Assembly (NCBI GenBank): GCA_016906335.1
Contig: JADEYG010000001.1
Span: 1,550,001 to 1,614,000 of the forward strand
Source: Novakomyces olei
Lineage: Eukaryota
DNA length: 64,000 bases
Direction: 5' to 3'
Shown: piece after piece, positions 1 to 12,600 of the stretch
How positions within the stretch are numbered: the stretch's first letter is position 1
Layout: each line of letters begins with the position of its first letter
Position numbers and translations under genes: made by a program
The notes under the pieces: model-generated
What the model was told of the DNA's origin: nothing
Database searches by the model: none
What the model saw: the letters and a program-made list of their open reading frames with translations, nothing else

Positions 1-550
1 AACCTATTATTAATCTAATAATAATCTATTATAATCTAATAGTGATCGGATTAATCGTATGATGGCAAATAACGACGTTATAGTAGATTGAACTTGACTA
101 CAGTTTCAGGTCCCGGAGCTGTTCAAAGCTCTTATGACGTGGCCGACCCACAACGCGTTTCTCTCACATTTCCCGCAATTATAGTTAAATGCATGTTTTA
201 CGTACGAAACTTTAAATTTTTACAAAAGGTGGTAAGCGAGTCCGCCTACTTGCCGCAGCACATTCGCTTTTTACGCGTCTGCAAGCGTACAGGACTCGGG
301 TCGGACCACGGGCACAAAATCTAGTGGCTCGTTATAGTCTTATATTTGGTACATCCTGGCCACTAAATACAAGTTACAATCATCATGATAATGCATCAAT
401 TGCTATCACTAGCTTTTGAATGACGGTCGCCACCCTTCAGCAAAACACAAGTAAAGACAAAAAAGAGGAAAAGATCGATCAGAACTAAAAAGGCACGTTG
501 TGGTATAAGACAAAGGAAGAATGCGGAAAAAGGCGCGGAACCAAGGATCA

Positions 551-1326
551 TTAAACTTCAAGAGGCTTATCAAGGTCCGGTGCCTTTTTCTCGGCTGATT
601 GGTCCGGGATTTCCAACGAAACAGGACCGGGCAGCATTTCGCGGCTGGCCCGTTCCAAGCTGACGTAGAACCGATACAAATAAGCAGCGCTGGCCAGCTC
701 TAGTATTGAGTAAAGGGATATGACGCACACGATGATAGTCGTAATACGTGCATAGGAGTCCGAGCACTGTTGGTACACTGTGCTCGCAGCCGATGACGGT
801 GCCCATTGAATCTTGTTGCAAGACGTGTCAAATGCGTCAAAATCTCTGCTGGGAAAAGAAGCATAGATGGCAATCATAGATCCGGCTCGTAGCACGAGAC
901 AGAGCAGTGACCGTGAAAGCGCACAGCAGGCGTACACGCGTGTATATTCGACATGTGACTATTTCATTAGCAAGCTAGATAAAGGCAATTTAGCATACGA
1001 ATAAGATTGCAATAAAACCAAACACGTCCGCACCGATACAGCACACAAGGTAGAGAAGGGTTGTGGGCACAATTTGGAAGGTGAGAGTGCTTTGGTACTC
1101 GTTATGGACAATAGCGCAAAACAGATGAGCTACAGCAGCAGCGAGTGAAAAATCAATGAGCAATGAAACCGCTACAATAACGAGACAGTTCGACTGATGT
1201 AACCTTTTGGCGCTAGTTAGTAAAATCTTTCTACGTGATTTGCGTCGTGCCAGCCGGACAGCACCGGAATTGTACTCACCAAAGGCGCGGCACCTGTAGA
1301 TGCGAAGAAGCAAGACCTCTCGCCAT
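551..1326 (-). CDS. Uncharacterised four-TM membrane protein (3 exons: 1326-1280, 1212-999, 958-551)
   Basis: ATG at 1326. Introns 1279-1213 (GTGAGT...TACTAACTAG) and 998-959 (GTATGC...GCTAAT...TAG) join ORFs 990..1313 and 551..937 in frame. About 4 hydrophobic segments, with a Cys-containing loop before the last. Confidence 0.7.
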
Positions 1327-2308
1327 CACAAAAGATGCGTAGACGTCAGCAGCAAAAGTTTGCTGCTGGGTCTCTTGTTGCCCTCTTTTTTTTTTTTTGA
1401 CTGGTTATCCAGCTGATCGGCCGGGCTCGGTGAAACGATTAATTTATAACCTAATCCCCTTCCCTACAGTACATATATCACATTCGCCGTACACGAAATA
1501 ATAACCGTTATAAATAAATGTACATATAATAATATATATATAGTACGAGAATATAACGATGATTAATAATGCTCCGCAAACGTTTCGGCCATAAAATCAT
1601 TGCTTCATCCGTTGGGATAACGCAAATTTATCGATAATGCAATCTATTTTTGCTACGTTTTGAGGCACAGTATATTGCATTGGCAATTTTCATACTCTGT
1701 GCACTCTTCAGTCTACGCTACTTTTCGTATTGTTCAGCTCGAGCGGTCTGCTCGACGACACCCGCTTTGCGTTTCACGTAATAAAATAGTTATTGTCTGA
1801 CGTACACGCACGCACACGCACGCGCCCACGGTAAATCGGCAATTAACGGGTAAAAGAAATAAATGTTGCCAAAGTTTTAGCAACGCATAACCACATATAA
1901 TTCAAAATATATTAATACATCTATTTTTATACATACATCTTGCATGGCCAAATTCCGGCACACAGCACCTGGTTGCTTCTATATCCTATCTTTCTATAAT
2001 TAAATCTATACTTGTCAAACATAACCACCCGAAGCCGCTTTCTCTCCGTGTTTGAATCGAATACGGATTAAAGACTAAAATGCCCCACGGTTTTCACCAG
2101 AATTGAGACAATTTAATACCAGCACTACTACTATTCCCCACTGGCTGCGTCCCCGCCAAATAGAAATCTGATGCCGTGCTTTGCTGTAACAAGTCGAATT
2201 CGCATGGGCGTTTGCCGCATTCTCCTATAAGCATTGCCATCTTGTTCCCAAAACAAAAGATCCGGGCCGCACGGCTGCGGCTAAGAATAGCACAGTGTAT
2301 AGCCATCT

Positions 2309-2415
2309 GTAATCCACACAAATAATCTACACATAATCTACACACGCACATAATCTACACACATAATCTACACACATAATCTACACACATAATCTACACA
2401 CATAATCTACACACA
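2309..2415. repeat. 13-bp tandem repeat (ACACATAATCTAC)n, about 8 partly degenerate copies
   Basis: Read directly; lies in a divergent intergenic region. Confidence 0.9.
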
Positions 2416-3147
2416 AAGTCTATACCAAATATACGACAATCGCGCACCAGAAAGCCACGCATTGGGATATATGAATAGGCTTAAAGTGGGAAACCTATTG
2501 GTATTCTTTACGACGCCTGTTTTACCAAGCACATGCAATACATACAGCAATGGCATTTTCAGCTTCCGTGCATCCATTGTCGCAGTCATATAGAGTTTGT
2601 CTTTTGCTAGTATAATGGTGGTACAATGATCTTGAGTTTCTGCCTGTCTCACTGCCGCAACAAAGCACAGGCAGAGTCAAGTATAGCGTGCTTAATTAAT
2701 TATTGAACAATTGACAGTTGCAAAAGACTTCCGGCTCAGACCGAATATCCATTCAGTATACGACTATATAGACGCATGTACAACGCATGTACAATACTTG
2801 ACGCTGATTATGACGATTGCTAGCGGCAATGCTGCCGTCCGCCGTTGTCGCGTCCCATTACGATAATCAGTGAGTGTCTTTACGTAAACTAATGCACGCA
2901 AACGCTAATACAATAATTATTTTTATACTGGCAGTAACGCTGGCTGCCTTGCTTACTTGTTTTACTAGGTTATTTTGTATCACAATCCCAATACTTTTCT
3001 TGCCTATTATTAAAACACTCTCGCACCAGATTGCTCTAGGCCACCATTTCCGACGCGTCCCCTTCACCGGCAAAAGGCCAAAGCAGCCCTTCGCGGAGGA
3101 CAGGCGAGCAGCACGGAGGCGGGTCACCTTCAGCCGCTGCGGCTGCT

Positions 3148-6100
3148 ATGGTCAGCGTAATCTCAGACGAGCTTTGTATCCCGCTGCCCGCTTTGGAACA
3201 CGGATACCACCACCACCTTTGCCAGCGCAATCACCATCGACTGCACCCTGCCTGCGCCCAGACTCCGCATGCTCGGCTGACACGGAGGTCCACGAGCCCT
3301 GCCGTGACAGCAAAGGGCAGCGGGTCCGGTCTTGGCGAGGCAGGCATGAAGGGAGAGGAAACGAAGCCTGCAGAGGAGAAAGGCAGTGGCCTTCTTCCCA
3401 ATGGCTCGTTGAAGCACCATTGCTCCCGGAGAAGGATTCCACGCCCTCGGCCAGTAGACAAGTTTGCCGGCACACACGTCCCATGCGCTTTTGAAACTGC
3501 CCTCGTTAACGTTAAACGGCGAATACCCTACAACGTGGGGAGTGGCGAACCCGATCGGTTACAGCCGTGCCACTGTACTGCCACTTTGTCTGCAGAGTCA
3601 CTGGACGCTCTTACACAGGGACTAGAGCGTATATACTCGGTAGGTTTTACTTTTGGGGGTTTTTGTCTTTGCTTAGTTTGGTTGTTTGATATTTTTGCCT
3701 TTTGGTCTTTATGTTTTTGTCTTTTGGTCTTTTTCTTTTGGTCTTTTTGTTTTTTCCGAATTAGATGCAGTATATCGGTGTTCTGCCCCTGGCTTTGCTC
3801 ATGATGTGTCTGCTCTAGTCCACAAGAATATGCGGGTAGCAGTACACATGGAATACTGTTCCAATACTTTAATGCTGCTTAACTTTTCCGTGTTTGCCTC
3901 CTTCCTCTTAATTTCTCCCTGATACTTATGGGCCAAGGGTATTCTTCCTACACGGGAAAGCTGCGCCAGAAGGGAAAAGCTTTTACAGAAACTAAAATCG
4001 ATTTTGGACCATGATTGGCCGCAGTATGAGCACCGGGTGCACGCGTTTGGTTCAACGAAAAACAACCTGTGTACGACCCTGTCTGATGGTAAGCATAGCG
4101 AGTAAGGTTTTAGTGCTGACAGTGTACAGTCGATGTTTGTATAATCACGGATAACCCAAACCTGGAAAGTATGTGTACGTTGGCGGCGGTACTGGCCAAG
4201 CATGGAATGGAGCGGGTTGTGTGTATCCCCGGAGCCAAAGTCCCGATTGTGCGGATATGGGACCCAGAGCTTCAAGTAGCGTGTGATATGAACATCAATA
4301 ATACTCTGGCCTTACAAAACACGAGGATGGTGAGAACGTACGTCGATCTGGATCCGAGAGTACGGCCTTTGGCGATGCTTATAAAGCACTGGACAAAGCA
4401 GCGAGAGCTAAATAACGCTGCTGGTGGTGGTACATTGACAAGCTACACATGGATCTGCATGATTATCCATTTTCTGCAGTCGAGACAGCCGCCAGTGCTG
4501 CCTGTACTGCATCAAATCCCTCACCGAGAGAATATCCGCGACATGGCTGGAAGCGAAGGCAGTCCCCTTGAGACCGACGCAGACGATCTGGATTCTGCGC
4601 TTAAAGTGGACGATACGACATTTTGCGATGACGTAGATGAGCTGCGAGGTTTCGGTGAGCGCAATTCAGAATCGCTCGGGTCGCTGTTCTTCCATTTCTT
4701 TCGTTACTATGCGCTCGAATTCGATTTTGAGCACAGTGTGATCTCTGTGCGTCACGGGTGCCTGCTGAGCAAAGTAGCGAAAAACTGGAACCTTATTCAA
4801 AACAACTGCCTCTGTGTCGAAGAGCCCTTCAACACGACTCGCAACCTTGGCAATACTGCAGATGAAATCTCGATCCGTGGAATCAGGATAGAGCTGCAAG
4901 ACACTTTTCTGCAGTTGCTCACAGACCAGGATCTTGATCTCGTGTTTGAAAAGTTTACTTTTCCAGACGACTCTTTATCGTCTTCAGCAGCAGCAACGCC
5001 TCCACAGACCCGTCGGCCAGTTAGAGCAGATAGCCGGTCTTCTTCAGCAGCAGCTGCTGCTGCTACTGCAGGAGGAGGAGCTACTACTACTACTACTCAT
5101 CTACAGGACACGTTTTCCTCTCCTGATTTCCGTCAGCGTTCACGTAGTACGGACGGCAGGTTTGCCGCTGACGGGGCTAAACAGTTCTACCACGGCCGAG
5201 CCAAGTATTCTACTAAACAGTACAGCAACAGCAATTACCACCACAGACCACCGCACCACCATTCAGTGCAAATGGCGTCTCCCCAGTATGTCTACCCTTA
5301 CCCCCAGCAGTACTTGCCTCTGCCGTTTGACGAAAACTTTTACTATATCGATTCCTCGTCTTTTCCCTACCAGTTGTATTACCCTTACACGGCCGCCTCT
5401 CAGCACCAGCAGCATTATACCCCTTATTTTTACCCTCAGCAATTTTCGTCCTCCACTTTCTCTGCACATGGAACAGGCGAAGACTTTGAAAGACTGCCTC
5501 CACAGTACGCCGCTCCAAACTATGGCAATGGCAATGGCAATGGCAATGGCGACATTGCCTATCTGCCTCTCTCGTTTTACCCAATGAAAAACGAGCCAGT
5601 TGACGTGCCTCACACTCTGCAGCAGTACGCTCAGCAGTCACTGGGCGACAACAGCGACTCGAACGTGTCTGGGGAAGATCACGAAATGTTTCGTCAGCGA
5701 CCAGAACGAGATTCTCTGTCGGACACGAAATCCGAGGCTGCCAGTCCTCGACTGACGCTGGGCAGTGAAGGCAGTGAGGGCAATGAGCCCGGATTTTACT
5801 ACCGTCGCTCAACGTCCCTGCAGACAAAGGATTCTGGGCAGAGAGACCAGGCGGCTCTGGCGGCTCCAGCGGCACAAGGCAGAGAGCCGAACCGGCCGAC
5901 AAGGTCAAACAGTGTAGACCGGTGGGTGAGTGGTAGCGATGCTGTTTCCCCTGCCACCAGTGGACAAAGGCAGCCCGGGTTCTGGTCTTCATTGGCCTGG
6001 AACAATCCTGTGCCGCCAGCTTCGCTTGGCAAAGGAGGAGCACTAACAAGCAGCAGCAAACCACCATTTACACGTGGCACAAACAGCCGATCCAAGAGCA

Positions 6101-6567
6101 GCTTGCAGCCACAGACTCCGCCTCCACAATCAAGACGGACTCCTCCAGTCGGAGCTGCTTCTGCTTCTGCTTCTGCTTCTGCTTCTGCTTCTGCTTTGGC
6201 AAATGGACGAGCGAGTCATCGGCAGGTTTGTTCGACAGGAGCGCAGACTGGAGAGCAGACTGAAAAGCACCGTAGCTCCAGCGATGGGCAATTAGGGTAT
6301 ACGGGAAACAGTGTGGGGGTTAGAGCGCCTCGGCCGGCTACGCAGATACTGCCTTCCTCCGTGTCTGCTATCCTATCCGCAACACCTGTTGCTGGCTCAG
6401 CTGTGGTGGTGGATGGCAGCAGTAATAAATCATCGTCAGCGTCTCAACTGCAAAAGCAGCAGCAGCACTTGGAGGACAGGGGGCTAGGGAAGGCTTCTAA
6501 CGCGTCAGACGGACGAATTTCTTACGCGTCTGTAGCCAAAACGGGTCGCGCTGCGTCTGTCGCGTAA
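3148..6567 (+). CDS. Cid1/Cid13/CutA-family non-canonical RNA 3'-terminal nucleotidyltransferase (exons 3148-3639, 3938-4088, 4130-6567; 5' end may extend further)
   Basis: Spliced product contains the pol-beta motif AFGS...SDVD, AKVPIVRIWD, CDMNINN, GGTLTSY and the PAP-associated motif LCVEEPFNTTRNLGN, followed by a long low-complexity C-terminus. Confidence 0.88.
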
Positions 6568-7509
6568 TTGTCGATTTAGTACTGTTTGGGAATTAAAACA
6601 AGGACACTAAAAGGCGTCTTCACGCGTGTGTGTACGATGCGCGTTTATGTGTGAATAAGTATATAATCAAGATTATCTTCAATACAAAGGTTAGCTGTTT
6701 ACGGGATTGCGTAGTCTGTAGACTGGTTTATCTCGTGCTAGCGCACGTTTATGCGTATTTCGCTCTTGTGGCCAGTTTGGGTGATTAGATTTATAGAGCA
6801 AGTTCAACGCCCGAATGTATATATACTTGTTAATGCCCTTTATTAATTTAGCCCATTATTAATTTAGCTCTCTATTAATTTATGCCCTGGTGTTGATGTC
6901 ACATGTACCCATGTTTGGTGGGTGTGCACGCTGCACGTATAGACTGTGTGTATTGTATACACTATTGCTGTTTAGTGCACTCGAACGGACGTGCGAGATT
7001 TAGGCATTAATTTTACTGCGTCAACCTTTTGTTAAATCCATGTTGTAAATCTTTATTTTTACACGCTTATTCCTTCTTTGCCTCACCGTCCTATCCTGCC
7101 TTGTACAAAGCCGTCTTTCCGACGGGTTCATGACATATACTACTACGCGCTATAAAACTCGCCAACTCCCATAAAGGAATGACACCCCGTCCATTCGCGT
7201 CGCTGTACGAATGGGGAAACGCCAAGTATTAAAGTAAACAAAACAGCCAATTGGGATATTTATTCTCGCGTATACGCGAGTGTGCACGCACGAATACGGT
7301 TATACGCGACTCTGCCTCTTCCCAAAATGGAAACATGTTATTAGTTCCTTGGCAGGATGATTGATGTCCGGGTGGTTCCTGCGCCGCGTAGAATGGGAAA
7401 AATGGGCGCTGATATGTATGTATAAATACACACGCGACTGCCTTGTCCGCCCACAGGTAGGGCACGTGTTTTCCGGAGAGCTGCAGTACTCTTGTGAAAA
7501 AAAGGCCAA

Positions 7510-9220
7510 ATGATTCTCCGACCTTTATGCTGTGTGGTCGCAGCTGCTCTTGCCTCGTGCGCACACGCAGTCAATCCGATCGTTGTGCGCGGCCGCTTCT
7601 TTCATGATTCTGTTACCGGGGAGCGAGTAGGGTTCCGTGCTCCAAAGTGCTTTGGCTAACCGTCCAGTTTTATATTAAGGGAGTAGACTATCAGCCAGGC
7701 GGATCGTCAGGGTTCGACAAGTCGACTGACCCGCTCGCTAATGCTGACCTGTGCCGTCGCGATGCTGTGGCAATGCAGCAATTGGGAATCAATGCTATTC
7801 GAGTCTACTCTATCGATCCCACAAACAATCACGGTACGGTTTGTTTATTGGGATTGTTTATTTTTACTTTTTATTTTTATTTTTATTATTTTTACTTTTT
7901 TTTTGTTTTCTAACGACAGACGAGTGCATGTCTCTATTTAACGCTGCCGGTATATACCTCCTGCTCGACGTCAATTCTGGTCTAAGCGGCCAGCATTTGA
8001 ACCGGTATGAGCCCTGGACCACGTACACGGAAAACTATTTACGGCACGTATTTACTGTGCAAACACAATTCTCGTCTTACCCAAACACTCTTGCCTTTTT
8101 CGCCGGTAATGAGCTGGTAAACGATGAGCGATCCGCAAGCGCGTCGCCCAACTATATCCGGGCAGTCATTCGCGATATGCGCGTTTACGCGACGAACCAT
8201 CTGCCGCGTATAGTGCCCATCGGCTACTCGGCCGCCGACGACTTGAATTACCGTGTCGAGCTGTCCGAGTACCTCTCGTGTAACGCGACAGGCCGAGCCG
8301 ATTTCTATGGCGTAAATACTTACCAGTGGTGTGGTGACCAGACATTTGAATCCTCCCGGTACAATGAGCTCACGAATGCGTACGCGAATTCTTCAATACC
8401 CATAATTTTCTCAGAGTAAGTCGGCCTTGAACAAATTGATGAAAAGAGCGATAATTAAATCAAAACTTGGCCAATGCTAACGCTCAGGTTTGGATGCAAC
8501 GAGGTAAAACCGCGCACGTTCCAAGAAATCGGAGCCATCTTTTCTGCACAAATGTGGGACGTGTTTTCCGGTGGACTCGCGTACGAGTTTACAATGGAGT
8601 CAAACGGGTACGGAATAGTCAAATACTCACGACAGGACACAGATCCGCTCAAGTATCTGCCAGACTTTGCTGCCCTGCGATCTCAGTTCGACAGAGTTAG
8701 AAACCTGCCGCCACGAAACACGACTATAGTTGCGCCTCCCATTGCCTCTTGTGCGGCAGAGGACTCGTATGAGCACATTAAAGGCAGCGTAAAAATACCC
8801 GATACTCAGGCTCGTCAGCTTATTGAGAATGGTGTTTCAAACGTGGCACCTGGCCGGTGCTCGAGGCCACAAAACCTGGAGACAGATTGGCCGATCGTCG
8901 ACGAGCGAGGCAATACGGTGACAAACAACACAATCACGGCAGTCAGTGAATGCGGTGAGCTCGAAAACGATAGAACAAACCAAGACAAGCAGAATTCGGA
9001 CGCCAGCAGGGAGAACTTGGGCGGAAATAGCAGAACCCAGTCATCCAGTGGCCGAGCCACTGGCAGCGGCTCGTCTACTGTGGGCCAAAGCAGTACTGCC
9101 ACCCGAGCTCAGGCCAGTGGGTCTCAGAGCGTGAGAAATGACGCTGCCAAGAGTATTGCGCAAGGGTCAATTGTTGCTATGGCACTGGGCGCCGTGGCGT
9201 TTGCATTTATGCTGCAGTAG
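7510..9220 (+). CDS. GH72 1,3-beta-glucanosyltransferase, GPI-anchored, no X8 domain (Gas/Gel family; exons 7510-7626, 7668-7833, 7920-8415, 8488-9220)
   Basis: Signal peptide MILRPLCC...AHA, FYIKGVDYQPGG, GINAIRVY, FFAGNE (catalytic E), FSEFGC (catalytic E), Ser/Thr-rich stalk and hydrophobic GPI tail. All introns keep the frame. Confidence 0.93.
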
Positions 9221-9421
9221 GCCGTACATTGTACGACAGCCGACTTACGCATACATTATATTAATACATTATAATAATACATTATAATAATACATTAATT
9301 TCACATTTATCACACATTAATCGAATATAACCAAAAATTGCGAGATAGTATGGGCATAATACGAAGTGTAGCGAGAACCTATAATAATATCCATCCAATA
9401 TTATCGCCCTGATAGTGTTAA

Positions 9422-9537
9422 TTACCCTGACTAACCCTGGCTTGGTACCTGACTAACCCTGGCTTGGTACCTGACTAACCCTGACTAACCCTATACTATT
9501 AGCTATTATAAGATTAAATAACTAACCCTGACCCTGA
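9422..9537. repeat. Telomere-like (CTGACTAACC/AACCCT) repeat cluster in the DDB1 promoter
   Basis: 22-bp unit TACCTGACTAACCCTGGCTTGG x2, then CTGACTAACCCTGACTAACCCT, and a further CTAACCCTGACCCTGA. Confidence 0.85.
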
Positions 9538-9647
9538 TATTTATCGTGTATTTTCTAAGATATTATATTGAATATATTTCTGAATAAATTATCAATTATA
9601 CATTACGTGCCGGCTAATGGACGCGTTGCCCTAGCGACCAATTGAAA

Positions 9648-12600
9648 ATGGCTTGCGTTGCCACAGTGCACAAAGCGTCGTCCGTTTCTGGCGCAATAAA
9701 GGCCCACTTTTACTCGGACGATGTCCCGTGTCTCGTGATAAGGTATGCGACAACCACAATTGCTCAAGCTAAGCAGCCAATAGCAAATCCGACTGGCTCG
9801 AGTTTTACGAGATCGAGGCCGATGGGCTGCGGCTACGCCATGAATTACGGTTGATGGGCCGTGTAGCGTCATTGCTGGCTTACCAGCCGACTGGTGCCGA
9901 GCAAGATCATATATTTGTTACTACTGACTCTGTTTACTGCCTCTCTCTCCACTGGGACGGGAGTGCAATCCGCACTCAGACAGTATGGGGAAGCATCTAT
10001 GACTCGAGTTTAAGGCAGTCAGAGTCCCGCACTGTGGCCATTATTGACCCAGACGAACGGATAATATGCCTGTATGCTTACCAGGGCGTATTAACCTGTC
10101 TCCCTATTGGCCCTGGCCGCAAAAAGTCTCGAATCCCTATGGGCACTGATCCTTTCAACGTCCGTATTCATCAGCTGAACGTTGTTGACATTGCGCTGCT
10201 GTACGAGTGCGAAAGACCAACGGTCGCCGTTCTCTACATGGACAGTCGACGGCGAAGGCACGTCCGGTGCTACGAAATAAATACTAAAACTCGAGAGATT
10301 GAGCCTGCTGAAGTTAGTGCGAGCAATGTCGATACGGGTAGCAATATTCTGCTGCCCGTAAGGTCCCGTGGCTTTATAGTCGTGGGAGAACAGCGTATTG
10401 AGCTTCATCGGCCCGAGCAAACAGGCGTTTCTGCGGGACCAACGGCAGCTGCTATTGTTCCGCCTCATCCAACCGTGTGGGCTGCCCACACTGAAGTTTG
10501 CGAGGATCAATGGATCCTGGCCGATGACTATGGAGCAATTTACATGCTGCTACTCAACGATGAAGAAGAGTTGCGTTTAAGCTTACTTGGCCGCGCAAAT
10601 GCGCCGACTAGTATTGTCAGTCTGCCGGAACAACATTTGTTTGTTGGCTCACATTTCGGTGACTCGCAGCTGTTGCATGTGCCCTCACAAACAGTGCGCC
10701 AAGTGTTTCCCAACCTCGGGCCAATATCGGATTTTATAGTGTCCCGAGATCCATTGGGGACAACTACTATTGTCACATGTTCCGGTGCTTATGCAAACGG
10801 GTCTCTCCGCGTTGTACGCCATGGAGTAGGGATGGTAAAGCCGTTTGTGCTCTCAGACTTGGGACCGGGTAATCTGTTTAGCGGTCTTTTTGCTGCTAAT
10901 TTTGGGATGACAAGAGATGAGAATAGTCTTTTGCCAAACGGATCACAAGACGTGCTCGTAGTAAGCACCTTATCAGCCTCGCATTTCCTTAGCATTGATG
11001 CCGTGGGGGTTGATATGATTGAAGAGCCGTTTGGTTTAGCAACGGATGAGGCGACAATTGCTCTTGGTAATGTTACACGTACAAATTTTGTTATTCAGGC
11101 AACTGCAACAAGATTATTGCTGGCGGATATTGAGCAAAGGGGTCTTGTTACCTCGAAGAAATTAGACATTCAGGACGCTGCTCTGGACGGTGAATTCATT
11201 GCCACGACAAATGGGCGGATGCTCACCGTCTTTAACAGTGCCGATCTTTCTACAGTAGGGTAAGTTTAAGATTGAGAAGCTGTTCAATTTATCTTGGAGG
11301 CTAGTTTATTTGTCATTTGCCATTTGTCATTTGCCATTTGTCATTTGTCATTTGTCATTTGTCATTTGTCATTTGTCATTTGTCATTTGTCGTTTGTCAT
11401 TTGTCATTTGTCATTTGTCATTTGTCATTTGTCATTTGTCATTTGTCATTTGTCATTTGTCATTTGTCATTTGTCATTTGTCATTTGTCATTTGTCATTT
11501 GTCATTTGTCATTTGTCATTTGTCATTTGTCATTTGTCATTTGTCATTTGTCATTTGTCATTTGTCATTTGTCATTTGTCATTTGTCATTTGTCATTTGT
11601 CATTTGTCATTTGTCATTTGTTTTCATTTGTCATTTGTCATTTGTCATTTGTCATTTGTCATTTGTCATTTGTCATTTGTCATTTGTCATTTGTCATTTG
11701 TCATTTGTCATTTGTCATTTGTCATTTGTCATTTGTCATTTGTCATTTGCCATTTTTTATTTATCTTTTCCATTTTTTAAATTATTTTGTTTTGATTTTC
11801 CCGTCTAACGTCAGTTCACTCGAAATGAACGCGGAAATTTCTGGCGTGGATGTCAATGCGCACGACGCGTTTGTTACAGTCTCGCTATGGGACGGCAGTG
11901 TCCATGTTCTCTCGCTCTCAAACCTATCACTGCTTTTACATACACCTCCACAGTCGCTTATTGCTCGTTCAGTGATTACTGTCCGCCTTACTGATATGTC
12001 TTCGCCTGTGTTATTGGTAGCCAGGTCCGATGGAACTGTAAATACTGGTCGACTAGAATACGAAGGTAATAACAAGAGCAAGCTCGTCCTCTCTGACTCG
12101 CGGTCGCTTGTTATGGGAACAAGACCTGTACGGCTGAGCCGGTTCGATTGGTCAGCCGACGGATCCTCGTGCAGGTGCTTTGTCTCCTCTGACCGGCCAG
12201 CCTGTCTCTTTGGCAAAAAGGATAAAATCGCATATTATGCAGTAAACAGCAAAGAATGCTTTGCCATGACTGTTTTTTCACAGCCCACGCTAGAAGCGGG
12301 CTTGGCTTTAGCGACGGAAGAAGGTTTACAGATTGGGGCAATTGATGCGGCCAGCAAATTGCACATTGAAACAGTGCCGATTGGAGAGTTGCCGAAACGC
12401 ATTCTTGCTTGGCCACAGACAAGAAGTTTGGCAGTCCTGACAATGGAGCTTCTTATTGACCGAGTAACCGGTGAGGAGGATCAACGATGCTTTCTACGGC
12501 TCTTTGATGCTTTCACCTTTGAACGGAGACCCACTGCCTTTGCTGCACTCGGCCCTAATGAATTCGGGCTTAGTCTTGCACGGTTCCGTGATTATATAGT

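Noticed and set aside
2829-3147. Upstream exon for the nucleotidyltransferase (ATG 2829, GTGAGT 2870)
   Set aside because: No acceptor I tested joins it in frame without a stop; left unresolved.
9422-9537. Possible CRISPR array or telomerase RNA template
   Set aside because: No unique spacers or cas genes and the context is eukaryotic; the roughly 430-bp gap is short for a fungal telomerase RNA and no other TER elements were seen.
11294-11808. ORFs with repeating ICHLSFV peptide
   Set aside because: Translation of an intronic 7-bp satellite; an in-frame TAA at 11261 and good splice sites exclude it from DDB1.
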